Virus record (IMG/VR): IMGVR_UViG_3300037424_000564 | Coordinates: 128,001-192,000 of that record | Length of the DNA stretch: 64,000 bases | Reading direction: 5' to 3' (one strand) | DNA from: a virus | Lineage: Duplodnaviria > Caudoviricetes | Part shown: in pieces, positions 8,819-18,512 of the stretch | Position numbering within the stretch: position 1 is the first letter of the stretch | Layout of the letters: every line of letters begins with the position of its first letter | Notes under the pieces: generated by a model | Databases searched by the model: none | What the model saw: the letters and a program-made list of their open reading frames with translations, nothing else | What the model was told of the DNA's origin: nothing | Made by a program: the position numbers and the translations under genes

Positions 8819-9154
8819 TCAATCAATAAATTTATTGATTGGACCTATAGAGGCAGAACTTTCAGTCAAACTAAATCCGATATCCATTTCAAGTTCACCA
8901 TCCCAATTCCAAATATTAATATAAAAACCTCCAGACATACACCGATTACTTTCGTTGAAATTATCACTTTCTAGTATAGATCGAAATAATTCATTTAAAT
9001 GTTCTTTCATTTCATTAATATTTGGAACTCTGGGATTTAAAAATCCCCAACACCAATTAGATTCTGTCATAAATTTCAAAATTTCTTCATAATTAATGGC
9101 ATTTTCAGCAATACGAAAACATTCAATAAGACGGAGTTTCAGTGATTCAGTCAT
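8819..9154 (-). CDS. Hypothetical protein
   Basis: 111-aa ORF with AAGGAG SD. Confidence 0.6.
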   Translation of the reverse strand: MTESLKLRLIECFRIAENAINYEEILKFMTESNWCWGFLNPRVPNINEMKEHLNELFRSILESDNFNESNRCMSGGFYINIWNWDGELEMDIGFSLTESSASIGPINKFID

Positions 9155-9199
9155 TTTTGTGATCTCCTTGTTAGTTTATTAAGTTTATATTACGACAGC

Positions 9200-9661
9200 C
9201 TAGAAATTATAATCGTAAAATTTAATAGGGGCAGTTGATACATCGTACCGATTCCCATATATATCTTTCCATTGACCATTTTTGTGCATTCTAATTTCAC
9301 GAACAGTACCATTTTCATCAGAAGAGTAGGTATACTGCTGGTCATGATTATTAATGGTATTCCCTAGAAATCCACCAATGATAGTTTCCGGTTTCCAATC
9401 AGCAGAAAGTTCAGCATTCATACTGCGGATAGTGAATTTCTTAGCAGTATTTTTCTTGATAATTTCATTCGGATTGACATCAGTATAACCACATCGATTT
9501 GCAAACTTATATTTTTCTTGAGCATAAAGTTCAGAAACATCATATCCAGAACGTACCAGACAACCAATAGTACCGTACACTTGAATACCTTTATCAATCA
9601 GATCGAATCGATTTTCATTGGTTTCGATAATGCTTCCATGCTCGTCAATGTAGTAATTCAT
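9200..9661 (-). CDS. Conserved-looking phage hypothetical protein
   Basis: Likely start MNYYIDE at 9661 (AAAGGAG SD, promoter upstream); ends PIKFYDYNF. Confidence 0.7.
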   Translation of the reverse strand: MNYYIDEHGSIIETNENRFDLIDKGIQVYGTIGCLVRSGYDVSELYAQEKYKFANRCGYTDVNPNEIIKKNTAKKFTIRSMNAELSADWKPETIIGGFLGNTINNHDQQYTYSSDENGTVREIRMHKNGQWKDIYGNRYDVSTAPIKFYDYNF

Positions 9662-9704
9662 AGTAATCTCCTTTGGTTGAAGTTGTATGCTGTCCAGTGA
9701 TTTA

Positions 9705-9733
9705 AATATACAACAGGAAGATTTAATTGTCAA
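9705..9733 (-). promoter_or_regulatory. Sigma70-type early promoter, copy 1 of a duplicated block
   Basis: TTGACA-17 nt-TATATT; 29 nt (9697-9725) identical to 10074-10102. Confidence 0.8.
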
Positions 9734-10056
9734 TTAAAAGTTACGAGTATATTATAAATCCACGCAAGACCAAAACACATTCCAACAAATATAACTCTTG
9801 AGATTATATTTTTAAACACAACAGATGCTTTAAATTTTTGTTTTACTGGTTTAAACATCCAAATACTTCTGAATAAAAGAACACCCAAAACAAACATAAT
9901 ATCTAGTTTTACATTGGTAATTTGATACATAGTCATGTAATAAATTACCAGTATTACAGGTGCGACAATATAAACTTCAACAAAAATGGCGGTAATAAAA
10001 AGTGCAATACCCTTAACAAATTGTTCCCACTTATTTTCTTCGGTTTCCGTTTCCAT
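9730..10056 (-). CDS. Hypothetical membrane protein
   Basis: About three hydrophobic segments; AAAGGAG SD. Confidence 0.65.
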   Translation of the reverse strand: METETEENKWEQFVKGIALFITAIFVEVYIVAPVILVIYYMTMYQITNVKLDIMFVLGVLLFRSIWMFKPVKQKFKASVVFKNIISRVIFVGMCFGLAWIYNILVTFN

Positions 10057-10081
10057 TTTTTATCTCCTTTAATGTGATTTA

Positions 10082-10110
10082 AATATACAACAGGAAGATT
10101 TATTTGTCTA
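10082..10110 (-). promoter_or_regulatory. Sigma70-type early promoter, copy 2 of a duplicated block
   Basis: TAGACA-17 nt-TATATT. Confidence 0.8.
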
Positions 10111-10111
10111 T

Positions 10112-10522
10112 TTAATTATCTACTTTATTTTCAAAAAAAGCAATTGGATAAGGATCACCCAACAGTACTCTCATTGCATTCAATCCTTCACGGATAGGAT
10201 CTGATTGGAGATAATATTGAAGAGTGATACGTTCCCATACATCCATTTTTCTAGGGAATGTAAGAGTTACGTGACGTTTAGGTAACCCAGATTTAGAAGG
10301 ATGAATTTCTTCTTTTTCTGTATAATAACCAACATCATTCCCAAGTTTTTCTAGATTCTTTTTAAATTGTGTAAATTGTTCATCAGTATCGATATCAAGT
10401 TGTAATTGATATTCAGTAGGGAGTACTACTACCATATTTAATTCTTCTGCTACTACATATGGATCACGATTAATTCCATATATAAATTCTGCTTTATTTG
10501 CAAGTTCTTCCAATAAATCCAT
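10112..10522 (-). CDS. Hypothetical protein
   Basis: 136-aa ORF directly downstream of the PARP gene. Confidence 0.6.
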   Translation of the reverse strand: MDLLEELANKAEFIYGINRDPYVVAEELNMVVVLPTEYQLQLDIDTDEQFTQFKKNLEKLGNDVGYYTEKEEIHPSKSGLPKRHVTLTFPRKMDVWERITLQYYLQSDPIREGLNAMRVLLGDPYPIAFFENKVDN

Positions 10523-10525
10523 AAA

Positions 10526-11725
10526 TTAACCTTTCATTTGAATGAGATATTTAACAGTGGTTTGTGCTTCATTATAAACAATATATTCGTTATTACGAAG
10601 ATCAGCACCACCTTCCGCAAAGACAGAATCATACTGTCCTTTGTTTTTGAGTTTTGATTCATCCAGACTCGACATCCACGATTCATGACGTTTCAAATGA
10701 AATTTATTACCAACATGAACATCAAAAAGTGCCATATATGCCTCGTCAGCACCACCTTTAGCCCAATAAGAGCCTCTTGCAGACGTATAACCCCATGATT
10801 TCTGTGCTTTATCCGCAAAATAAGTTCCATAGCCAAACATCTTACCAGTAATAACTGCATTAGTAGGGCGAAGAACTAGACCAGTTTGAAGAATAGGCAA
10901 CCAGTTTTCATTTCGAGAACCATGAAAAAATAGATCAGTCGCTTTGTTTTTAGAGTTATTCACATAAGAATCAAACCGTTTCTTGGTATTTTTATTTTCA
11001 ATCATATAACCACGAACATAGTTTGAGCTAAGGTTAGCAAGCTTAGATTTAATTATTTTTTCTTCATCAGATTTGATATTGAAAATATTAATTCCCATAG
11101 CATCAAGAATGGTCAAGTTATCGTTTTTGTTTTCTTTAACAAGAACAGTTTGATTGACCTGTTGTGACATGGTATCAAGAAGATCCTGTTCTTTCGCTAC
11201 AGTTTCTTCAATGTTTCCATAAACAAAATCATCACTTTCTTCAAAAAGATGATCTGCAACTTTCTTCATTTTACGAGGAATAACAGTGAATAGTTCAATG
11301 AGAACTTTATTCATTTCACGATTCGATTTAACTTGCATCAAAGCATTCAGAAGATTCTGTGCTTCTTTGATTTGTTTTTCAGTTACAGTATCAGCGGTGA
11401 CATTGTAGTTATTTGCTACTTTATGTTTGGTGTATTGTTCTAGTTTACGAATCAGATTTGAAATATATGTGTCAGAGATATCAAGAAAACTAACTGCATC
11501 TTTTTTATCTTCAGTGACAAAAAGTTCAGTTACATCTTTATATCCTTTTTTAATTTTGGATGCATGGAGAGAACTCCACTTTGAAGAAGGATATGAAGCA
11601 GTTTGGCCTGATGTACCTACTCGACCAAATTCGATAGAAATAGTAGAACCATTATCTACCATATTATAAAATTTGTTGTTATTCTCTGGGGTAATCATGA
11701 GTAGTTTAGCTGTGCGAGTCGCCAT
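10526..11725 (-). CDS. WGR-domain poly(ADP-ribose) polymerase (WGR, helical regulatory region, PARP catalytic domain)
   Basis: NNNKFY...IEFGRVG (WGR); FHGS, GKMFGYGTYFA, YDSV, NNEYIVY (H-Y-E triad). Confidence 0.9.
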   Translation of the reverse strand: MATRTAKLLMITPENNNKFYNMVDNGSTISIEFGRVGTSGQTASYPSSKWSSLHASKIKKGYKDVTELFVTEDKKDAVSFLDISDTYISNLIRKLEQYTKHKVANNYNVTADTVTEKQIKEAQNLLNALMQVKSNREMNKVLIELFTVIPRKMKKVADHLFEESDDFVYGNIEETVAKEQDLLDTMSQQVNQTVLVKENKNDNLTILDAMGINIFNIKSDEEKIIKSKLANLSSNYVRGYMIENKNTKKRFDSYVNNSKNKATDLFFHGSRNENWLPILQTGLVLRPTNAVITGKMFGYGTYFADKAQKSWGYTSARGSYWAKGGADEAYMALFDVHVGNKFHLKRHESWMSSLDESKLKNKGQYDSVFAEGGADLRNNEYIVYNEAQTTVKYLIQMKG

Positions 11726-12032
11726 TTATTTTCTCCTTTGATATAATCTGATATTAAATCAAAAATATTTGTATGTCAATTATAATCTTCCATTTTATCC
11801 CAATCAAAAGGATCAGTATAACTTTCATAAAAATAATCAACTTCTGCTGTACGATCATTACGTTCAGTACTACACAGATCTTCATATTGATCATAAGAAA
11901 TACATTGGTTGGTTTATTTATGTCTATAATAACCTTCATCATAACTTTCAGATTTAGATCCAGTTCCATCAACAAATTCCCAATCAGTGATAGATCCCAA
12001 TTTAGAGTTGATAAATGCCATTTCTATTCTCC

Positions 12033-12350
12033 TTAAGGTTGGGTAGTAATACCGTTAAAAGTAACAACATAACAAGCAACTTCTTTGTCTGAATAATGAC
12101 CAACAACTTTAGCAATCCCAATATCTCCTTCAGAAACCCCTTCAGGAAATAATCTACCTTTTCCATATACCCAAGTCATATGCTTTCCATTTTTAAAGAA
12201 GAGTGCAGTATAGTTATGTTTAAATGCCCATACTCCTGTAACAAATCCGATATCTTCTTTAATATATCCTTTTGCAGTAGCTCTACGTCCAGATTCTACC
12301 GGACTTGCTCCATTTGCTCTGGTTGTGATGTGAAGAAGAGTTTTATTCAT
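12033..12350 (-). CDS. Hypothetical protein
   Basis: Likely start MNKTLL at 12350 (AAAGGA SD); promoter at 12376-12404. Confidence 0.55.
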   Translation of the reverse strand: MNKTLLHITTRANGASPVESGRRATAKGYIKEDIGFVTGVWAFKHNYTALFFKNGKHMTWVYGKGRLFPEGVSEGDIGIAKVVGHYSDKEVACYVVTFNGITTQP

Positions 12351-12375
12351 GATAGTTCCTTTCGATTGATAACTA

Positions 12376-12404
12376 ATATTACCATTAGTTATTTTATCTG
12401 TCAA
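12376..12404 (-). promoter_or_regulatory. Sigma70-type early promoter
   Basis: TTGACA-17 nt-TAATAT. Confidence 0.7.
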
Positions 12405-12560
12405 TTAAATTATCAATGTGTTGTTTGGCATTTTTTACATTACCTAAAAATTGATCAACCAACACATCGTTTTTAAATAGACGATACGCATTAGGCGAAA
12501 CAGTAAGAATAATATAATCTTTATATTTTATTGTTCTTGTTCTAAACATGGTGTATCTCC

Positions 12561-12866
12561 TTAAAGTTTAACAGATTCACCTGTGATGATGTTTACGACA
12601 ATCTCACCTTCACCGAAAACAGACCTCATTTCAAATAGTTCTTCTTCGGTGGGTTTATGCATCTTCATAAATTCTTTATATTCAAAAATAAAATTAGAGG
12701 TATCAATACCACGTTGTCGCTCACTGTTCATATATTGTTTAGTGGTGATCAACCCATCTGTTAAGAATTCTAATAACATATCCTGAAATGGCACATGATT
12801 ATTACTCTTCCAACGAACTACATTATCTCTATCAATTATGAATTTATCCGAGTATGTATGTTTCAT
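12561..12866 (-). CDS. Hypothetical phage protein
   Basis: Likely start MKHTYS with GGAGG SD. Confidence 0.65.
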   Translation of the reverse strand: MKHTYSDKFIIDRDNVVRWKSNNHVPFQDMLLEFLTDGLITTKQYMNSERQRGIDTSNFIFEYKEFMKMHKPTEEELFEMRSVFGEGEIVVNIITGESVKL

Positions 12867-12906
12867 TGTTATACCTCCGTTAGAGTTGTTTCTGCTCACT
12901 GAAACA

Positions 12907-12935
12907 ATATTAATTTATCACGAATTTATTGTCAA
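12907..12935 (-). promoter_or_regulatory. Sigma70-type early promoter
   Basis: TTGACA-17 nt-TAATAT. Confidence 0.7.
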
Positions 12936-12938
12936 TTA

Positions 12939-12971
12939 AAAAAGCCCATCTATAATTTAGATGGGCTTTTA
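12939..12971 (-). terminator. Intrinsic terminator after uvsX
   Basis: AAAAGCCCATCTA-TAATT-TAGATGGGCTTTT perfect stem with T/A tails. Confidence 0.9.
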
Positions 12972-12992
12972 TGTTTAATTATTTTAATTAAA

Positions 12993-14189
12993 TTATACTT
13001 CTTCTGTTTCCTCTTCATCATCGTCTAGATTGAGTTCATCTTTGACCGACATGTACTTGAATTTACTACGAAGAAAGTCACCTAACCACAGAGTAAGAAA
13101 TTCTTTCCAGAATTCATCAGTTAATTTTGATTTAGAAAATACTTCATCTTTCATGAAATCCACAGATACTTTTTTAGGATTCATTTTGAATGATTGTTTT
13201 TCTTTGGTAAATACACCTTCATCTAGACAGAATTGAAGCAATCCAGAATACATAGTCAAACCAGCTTCGAAGTCAATTGTGAATTTGACTTTTGTTTTTT
13301 CTTTAGCAGTTCTACATTTAGTAGTGGTAGAAGTAATCAAACCACCAGTAGTACTACCGTTACTAGCTTTCTCTTGTGCTTTGGTAAATTCATTGATGAT
13401 GGATGCATTGTATAAACTACCAGAACCACCACCAATTACTTTACCACCAAATCCACCAATTTGATCATATACGTGATTAATAGCAATGATAGGTACGTTT
13501 TTAATACCTGCTCTCATTGTGCAAGTTCTGAAGAAAGCTTTGAGTTTGGATGCTCTAGTCATATCTTTTGTTTCTGAACCAGATTGTGTATCGTCGATTT
13601 CTTTGTTGGTAGAAATATTACCAATAGAGTCAATTCCGATAATGACTTTATCTTCTGGACCAACTTCATCAAGAATATTCAATACAGAAGTCATTAGGGA
13701 TTCTACTGTGTCTACAGGGATATAAAGTAGTTTGTTAAGGTCGATGCCTCTTTGTTTCAAATCTTCTTTATTATTATTAGCCATTTCTGTATCATAAAGT
13801 ACAGCAAAGTATCCCATTGCTTGTGCGACTTTGATTGTTTCTAGCATTAGGAAAGTTTTACCACAAGAGTTAATACCAGCTAATTGCCAGATACGACCAG
13901 AAGGTAAACCACCATCATATCTAGATGAAATTTGAGCATTTAGAAGAACGTTGCCAGTTGAAATCCAATCTCGAATGGGATACTTATCAATTTCATCCTC
14001 TCCCATAAGTTGAGCATAATCAGAAGCAGATGAAGACATTAGACGTTCGCCAAAACTCATTTTCTTTTTCTTTTCTTGTGCTTCTTTATCGTTGTCCTTT
14101 AGAATTTTCTTTTCTTCTCTGCTTAATTTAATACCATTTTCTTGTTTGAATCTTAATTCCATTAGTTCTTTTTCAGTTACTTTTGCCAT
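12993..14189 (-). CDS. uvsX: UvsX RecA-like recombinase
   Basis: ISTGNVLLNAQIS, GLPSGRIWQLAGINSCGKT, IGIDSIG, DMTRASKLK, INHVY, GGSGSLYNAS. Confidence 0.93.
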   Translation of the reverse strand: MAKVTEKELMELRFKQENGIKLSREEKKILKDNDKEAQEKKKKMSFGERLMSSSASDYAQLMGEDEIDKYPIRDWISTGNVLLNAQISSRYDGGLPSGRIWQLAGINSCGKTFLMLETIKVAQAMGYFAVLYDTEMANNNKEDLKQRGIDLNKLLYIPVDTVESLMTSVLNILDEVGPEDKVIIGIDSIGNISTNKEIDDTQSGSETKDMTRASKLKAFFRTCTMRAGIKNVPIIAINHVYDQIGGFGGKVIGGGSGSLYNASIINEFTKAQEKASNGSTTGGLITSTTTKCRTAKEKTKVKFTIDFEAGLTMYSGLLQFCLDEGVFTKEKQSFKMNPKKVSVDFMKDEVFSKSKLTDEFWKEFLTLWLGDFLRSKFKYMSVKDELNLDDDEEETEEV

Positions 14190-14408
14190 TTAGTTCTCCT
14201 TAAAAAAGTTTTTGAATGTTTTATATACAGGGGATTCTTGAATCTTGAGACGTTTTCTAGCTCTTCTTATTAGATATTGTAAAAATCTAGGATCGCAACG
14301 CTCTAATCCTTCTCTAATAAGATTACCTGAAATATCTTCAAATAATAAAGAAATTGAACGTTCAGATTTTTTTGATTCAAATGCTAACTTCTTTATTATT
14401 TTATCCAT
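14190..14408 (-). CDS. Small hypothetical protein
   Basis: 72-aa ORF abutting uvsX. Confidence 0.55.
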   Translation of the reverse strand: MDKIIKKLAFESKKSERSISLLFEDISGNLIREGLERCDPRFLQYLIRRARKRLKIQESPVYKTFKNFFKEN

Positions 14409-14411
14409 ATA

Positions 14412-14882
14412 TTAATTCCAAGTTATTTTATGTTTTATGCTGTCACAATCTGAACAATATCCGTTTACATTAATCTCTGCTGTTTTGTATGTATAATTAC
14501 ATATATGACATTCTTTAATACCTTGATTTTCCATTTCAACATTTTTCATAATTTTATATGCATCATCGCCATATACAAATGTTTGATTAACTGAGTCGTA
14601 ATAGTTTTCATCTTTAATTATAATATCTAACTTATTTATATGATCCAGCATTATTATAGTATTCAATGCCGCTATTTGTGGGGAAATATTGATAGTAAAA
14701 CTTAAATTAAAACAAACATCTTCATGTACATATAACATAATGAAATCTTCTGTTTGTAGTATTAAATTCAAATCATTGTAAATTAAATTGGTAAAAAATT
14801 CAGATCCAAATACTGTTTTAATATCATTTTCTATATTTGATAATTTACTATATGCATCTTGAGTTTGTTCTAAACTACTCAT
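14412..14882 (-). CDS. Hypothetical protein with C-terminal CxxC pair
   Basis: 156 aa directly downstream of gp46. Confidence 0.6.
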   Translation of the reverse strand: MSSLEQTQDAYSKLSNIENDIKTVFGSEFFTNLIYNDLNLILQTEDFIMLYVHEDVCFNLSFTINISPQIAALNTIIMLDHINKLDIIIKDENYYDSVNQTFVYGDDAYKIMKNVEMENQGIKECHICNYTYKTAEINVNGYCSDCDSIKHKITWN

Positions 14883-16592
14883 TTATTCTATCTCCAATAT
14901 CTTAGAAAATCCTTTTTCCATTATAACGTTATATGTCTTGTCAAAATAGCCAGAATCAAGATCATTGTTGTGATTTATAGTTAATATACATTTATTCTGA
15001 TAATCTGTATGTTCTTTGAGAATATCAAATAAAGAAACTGTTCCGGTTGCATCAAGACCTGACATAACTTCATCAAAAATTAATAGATTAGTATTAGATT
15101 TTTTATTTTTATGCATTGCGAATTTTATAAAAGTAAATAGAATTGCAAGATCAATACGTTTTTTCTCACCTTCACTGAAATTATGATAACTATAATCTTC
15201 TTTGTGTCTTGTATTTATAACCTCATTAAAGTTGGAATCAAAGTTAAAAATAGTATTTGCATTGAATTTAGTTAGATATGTATTAAGTAGGCGATTAATA
15301 GATGGTAAATATTTATTAATAATGAGTGGTTTCATTCCATCATCAGAAAATAAACTTCGTAACACAAGAAGATGTTCTTTTTTATTACATAGCTTATTAT
15401 ATGTATCAGTAAGATCTATCTTTCTATTATTATACTCGTTAAATTTACTTTCGTCAATTGTAATTACTTTCTCTCTAATGATAGAAATTTGTGATTGTAA
15501 CTTATTAATTCTGTTTGTATTTTCGATAAGCCCATTATTGACAAAATTTTCATTATTTATAATTCTATTCGCCTTATCAATGGAATCAAGAATAGATTTC
15601 AAAATTAATTTATATTCATCTAACTCAACTTGATAATTCTCTAATAATACTTTATTTTGATTATTATTTTCGTCATTATTTAAATTTATTATATTAGGGC
15701 AACTACCGCAGGTATTCTTGAGGAATAATATCTTCTCTTCATGTACACCAATAGCTATTTCTAATTCAATTTTTTTGTTTTCGATTATATCTATTTTACT
15801 TTGGATATCAGTACGACTTTTGATAAGATTTGCTTTATCAATTTTCTTTTTATTAATTATTTCTATTCCAGTTTTAAATTTAATATTTTTATCTTGTAAT
15901 TCTTTAATTTCTTCTTGATATGATGAAATTAAAATGTCTGCTTCTAATTTTAATTTAGTTTGAAGATTTTTCATTTTTTCGAGATTAGCAAGTTCTTGTT
16001 CAATTAATAAATTAATATTATCAATATCTTTTTTTGTATCTCTAATTGTTTGGTCTGTTTGGTCTGTTTTAATTTTAAGATTCTTAGATATTGTAGTAAA
16101 TAATTCAATGTCAAATAAATTTTCAATAATTGATCTTTTTTCTGCTTTATCTAATGTCATAAACGATGCAGATTTAGTAAGACTTTTAAATATAACTTGA
16201 TTAGATAAATTCTCATTGAACCCAAGGATATCATCATCTAGAATTTGTTGATATCCTCGTTTGTTACTAGATACAGGAATTATCTCATTATTCTTATATA
16301 TTTTAAATGTATCTGGTTTTAGAGTACGAGATATAATATATTCATCATCTTGTTTCTTAAATTTAAGATGTACTTCCAAACCTTTTTTATTTTTAGAATT
16401 TATTAGTTGTTTAATTTTTATTTTTCTATACGGTTTGCCATATAACGCAAAATAGATAGCATCAATAATGGAACTTTTACCCATACCATTACTTGCTTGT
16501 ATTTTACAAACTCCCGTAGTAAAGTCAAAAGTAGTCATATTATTACCATATGATAATAAATTTTTCCATTTGACTGTTTTAAATTCTATCAT
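14883..16592 (-). CDS. gp46: gp46 recombination endonuclease subunit (SbcC/Rad50-like)
   Basis: WKNLLSYGN, SNGMGKSS Walker A, coiled coil with CGSC hook, FSEGEKKRIDLA signature, LLIFDE. Confidence 0.95.
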   Translation of the reverse strand: MIEFKTVKWKNLLSYGNNMTTFDFTTGVCKIQASNGMGKSSIIDAIYFALYGKPYRKIKIKQLINSKNKKGLEVHLKFKKQDDEYIISRTLKPDTFKIYKNNEIIPVSSNKRGYQQILDDDILGFNENLSNQVIFKSLTKSASFMTLDKAEKRSIIENLFDIELFTTISKNLKIKTDQTDQTIRDTKKDIDNINLLIEQELANLEKMKNLQTKLKLEADILISSYQEEIKELQDKNIKFKTGIEIINKKKIDKANLIKSRTDIQSKIDIIENKKIELEIAIGVHEEKILFLKNTCGSCPNIINLNNDENNNQNKVLLENYQVELDEYKLILKSILDSIDKANRIINNENFVNNGLIENTNRINKLQSQISIIREKVITIDESKFNEYNNRKIDLTDTYNKLCNKKEHLLVLRSLFSDDGMKPLIINKYLPSINRLLNTYLTKFNANTIFNFDSNFNEVINTRHKEDYSYHNFSEGEKKRIDLAILFTFIKFAMHKNKKSNTNLLIFDEVMSGLDATGTVSLFDILKEHTDYQNKCILTINHNNDLDSGYFDKTYNVIMEKGFSKILEIE

Positions 16593-17707
16593 TCATCCTC
16601 CATATTAAACGCTTCATCATTTGCGTTTTTATATTCTTCAATAGCACAATCAACCAATAATGTTTTATCTATTCCCGGCTCAAATGTCATACCTTGAATA
16701 CACGCTATTATCAATTCAAGAGTAGATTCTTCTTCTATAAATTTTTCATCAAATGAACTAGAATCAAAGTCTTCAACAACATCTTGAGTCTGAACAACGC
16801 TAATTTTATAATCATTACATGATATGGATGATATACTAGCTTGATATGTTTCGAGTGCTAAAGGATTATCACTTTTTTTAACATATATTCTGACATAGTT
16901 ATGTTTAGCTATATCTAGGGATTCTTCTTTTGATATAGGTTTTGATTCAGATAACCCATCAACTGTTAAATCACCGTTGTCATACCATATCTTTATAAAT
17001 TTGGGATTTGTGTTATTTTCAATAAATCTCTTTCCAAAATTATCATCTAATACATAGAAACCTTTCTGTGTATTAAAATCATTCCAAGTTAATTGATATG
17101 GTGTGCCTATCATAATAACATTATCACGCTGAAAATTTATATGATAGTGTCCAGAGAATACATATTTATATTCCTTAAATTTAGTATGAGAGTATCCAGT
17201 TTTCCCTGTGATACCTTTTATCATAGGGAAATCTTTTAATTCAAGATGACCTATCAAAATATCACATTTTTTAGGAAATACCTCTTTATTGGTATCTACG
17301 ATCCAAGGAACAAATCCTATAGTATATTTTTCTATAATCTTTACTTCTTGTTTGTCATAAACGATTATATTTCTATATTCTCTTGTAGTTTTTGTTAAAG
17401 AATTTTGTGATATTTTATCTTTATAATAGGTATCATGGTTGCCTACCAGCATATGCAAAAATACATCATTAGAATCAAACCAAGCAAAAAATCTATCTTT
17501 AATTTCATCTAATATAAGCCAATCAATTTTTTCTCTGGAATGAAAAAAGTCGCCAGAGAAAATAACATTTTTGATTTCATTTTGGATGATATAGGGAAAG
17601 AATTGTTGTTCGAAAAAATTCATTTGTTCTTCAAACATTGAAACTGAAAAATTTGATATTCCAAAATGTATATCCGACACTAAAGCTATTTTGGGATTAA
17701 AATCCAT
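16589..17707 (-). CDS. gp47: gp47 recombination endonuclease subunit (SbcD/Mre11-like)
   Basis: SDIHFG, GDFFH, VGNHD, GHLE, SGHYH, GTPYQLTWND; likely start MDFNPK. Confidence 0.95.
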   Translation of the reverse strand: MDFNPKIALVSDIHFGISNFSVSMFEEQMNFFEQQFFPYIIQNEIKNVIFSGDFFHSREKIDWLILDEIKDRFFAWFDSNDVFLHMLVGNHDTYYKDKISQNSLTKTTREYRNIIVYDKQEVKIIEKYTIGFVPWIVDTNKEVFPKKCDILIGHLELKDFPMIKGITGKTGYSHTKFKEYKYVFSGHYHINFQRDNVIMIGTPYQLTWNDFNTQKGFYVLDDNFGKRFIENNTNPKFIKIWYDNGDLTVDGLSESKPISKEESLDIAKHNYVRIYVKKSDNPLALETYQASISSISCNDYKISVVQTQDVVEDFDSSSFDEKFIEEESTLELIIACIQGMTFEPGIDKTLLVDCAIEEYKNANDEAFNMEDE

Positions 17708-18197
17708 CGTTTTGTTCCTGTTTACACTCTTCTGCTGCATCTTCATCATAAAGATTTATTTTATCTAATGAATACATACTCTGTTCATTAATAGTATCAA
17801 ATTTTATTTTGGATTGAGTATCTTCGTTGTTCCAGATTTGACGAAAGGAAAATTCAGTGATTTGAGTGAAATATGAAAAGGCATTATTAGATTTTTCAAC
17901 ATTAAAATTATGGGCATATTTGACACAGGTTAAAATAGCTTCAGATCGCATTTCATCGATATAAGTATATCCCCTCCATCTTGGTTTCAATGCATAATGA
18001 TTTACTATTTTCATAATACAAATAGCAATATATTCTGTCATTGGTGTCCATTCTGTTCTATTCTTATCTCTATCATTTTCTGAATTCTCTGCTATCCATG
18101 CGGCTACTGCCTCTGTAAACTCTTTGTTGTTTACATAATGTGGATTTTCTGTAGCTCTTTTTGATAATTTTCTTTTTGGTTTTACTTTATCGACCAT
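17697..18197 (-). CDS. gp55: gp55 late sigma factor
   Basis: HYVNNKEF...YTYIDEM...YAHNFNVEKSNNAFSYFTQI; gp55-gp47-gp46 synteny. Confidence 0.93.
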   Translation of the reverse strand: MVDKVKPKRKLSKRATENPHYVNNKEFTEAVAAWIAENSENDRDKNRTEWTPMTEYIAICIMKIVNHYALKPRWRGYTYIDEMRSEAILTCVKYAHNFNVEKSNNAFSYFTQITEFSFRQIWNNEDTQSKIKFDTINEQSMYSLDKINLYDEDAAEECKQEQNDGF

Positions 18198-18431
18198 TTA
18201 TTTCTCCTTCTTATTATCAAAATATTTTTTAATTACTGGAAAAATCAATTCATTGTAACATCTGTTACATAAATCAATCACATCTGTTCTTCCTGATATT
18301 GAATTAAGATCTGAGTCAACGTATCCGTTCATTATTCTACCTTGTGCCATATCTGTTAAATGACATTTATATTGGAATTTATTAACAGATCCTTCTTTCC
18401 CACAATGATCACAAAATTGTTTTGTTGCCAT
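18198..18431 (-). CDS. Small zinc-binding hypothetical protein
   Basis: CDHC...CNRC. Confidence 0.6.
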   Translation of the reverse strand: MATKQFCDHCGKEGSVNKFQYKCHLTDMAQGRIMNGYVDSDLNSISGRTDVIDLCNRCYNELIFPVIKKYFDNKKEK

Positions 18432-18439
18432 AAATAAAA

Positions 18440-18484
18440 ATCCCCTTTGTTAGTATATAGACATTATATACCAACAAAGGGGAT
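18440..18484. repeat. 20-bp inverted repeat overlapping a promoter and SD
   Basis: ATCCCCTTTGTTAGTATATA / TATATACCAACAAAGGGGAT, one mismatch, 5-nt loop. Confidence 0.85.
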
Positions 18485-18512
18485 AGAGTCAAATTTTAAT
18501 CAAACTACCAAT

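Noticed and set aside
12033-12350. Possible 2H phosphoesterase (HMT motif)
   Set aside because: The second HxT motif is missing before the stop
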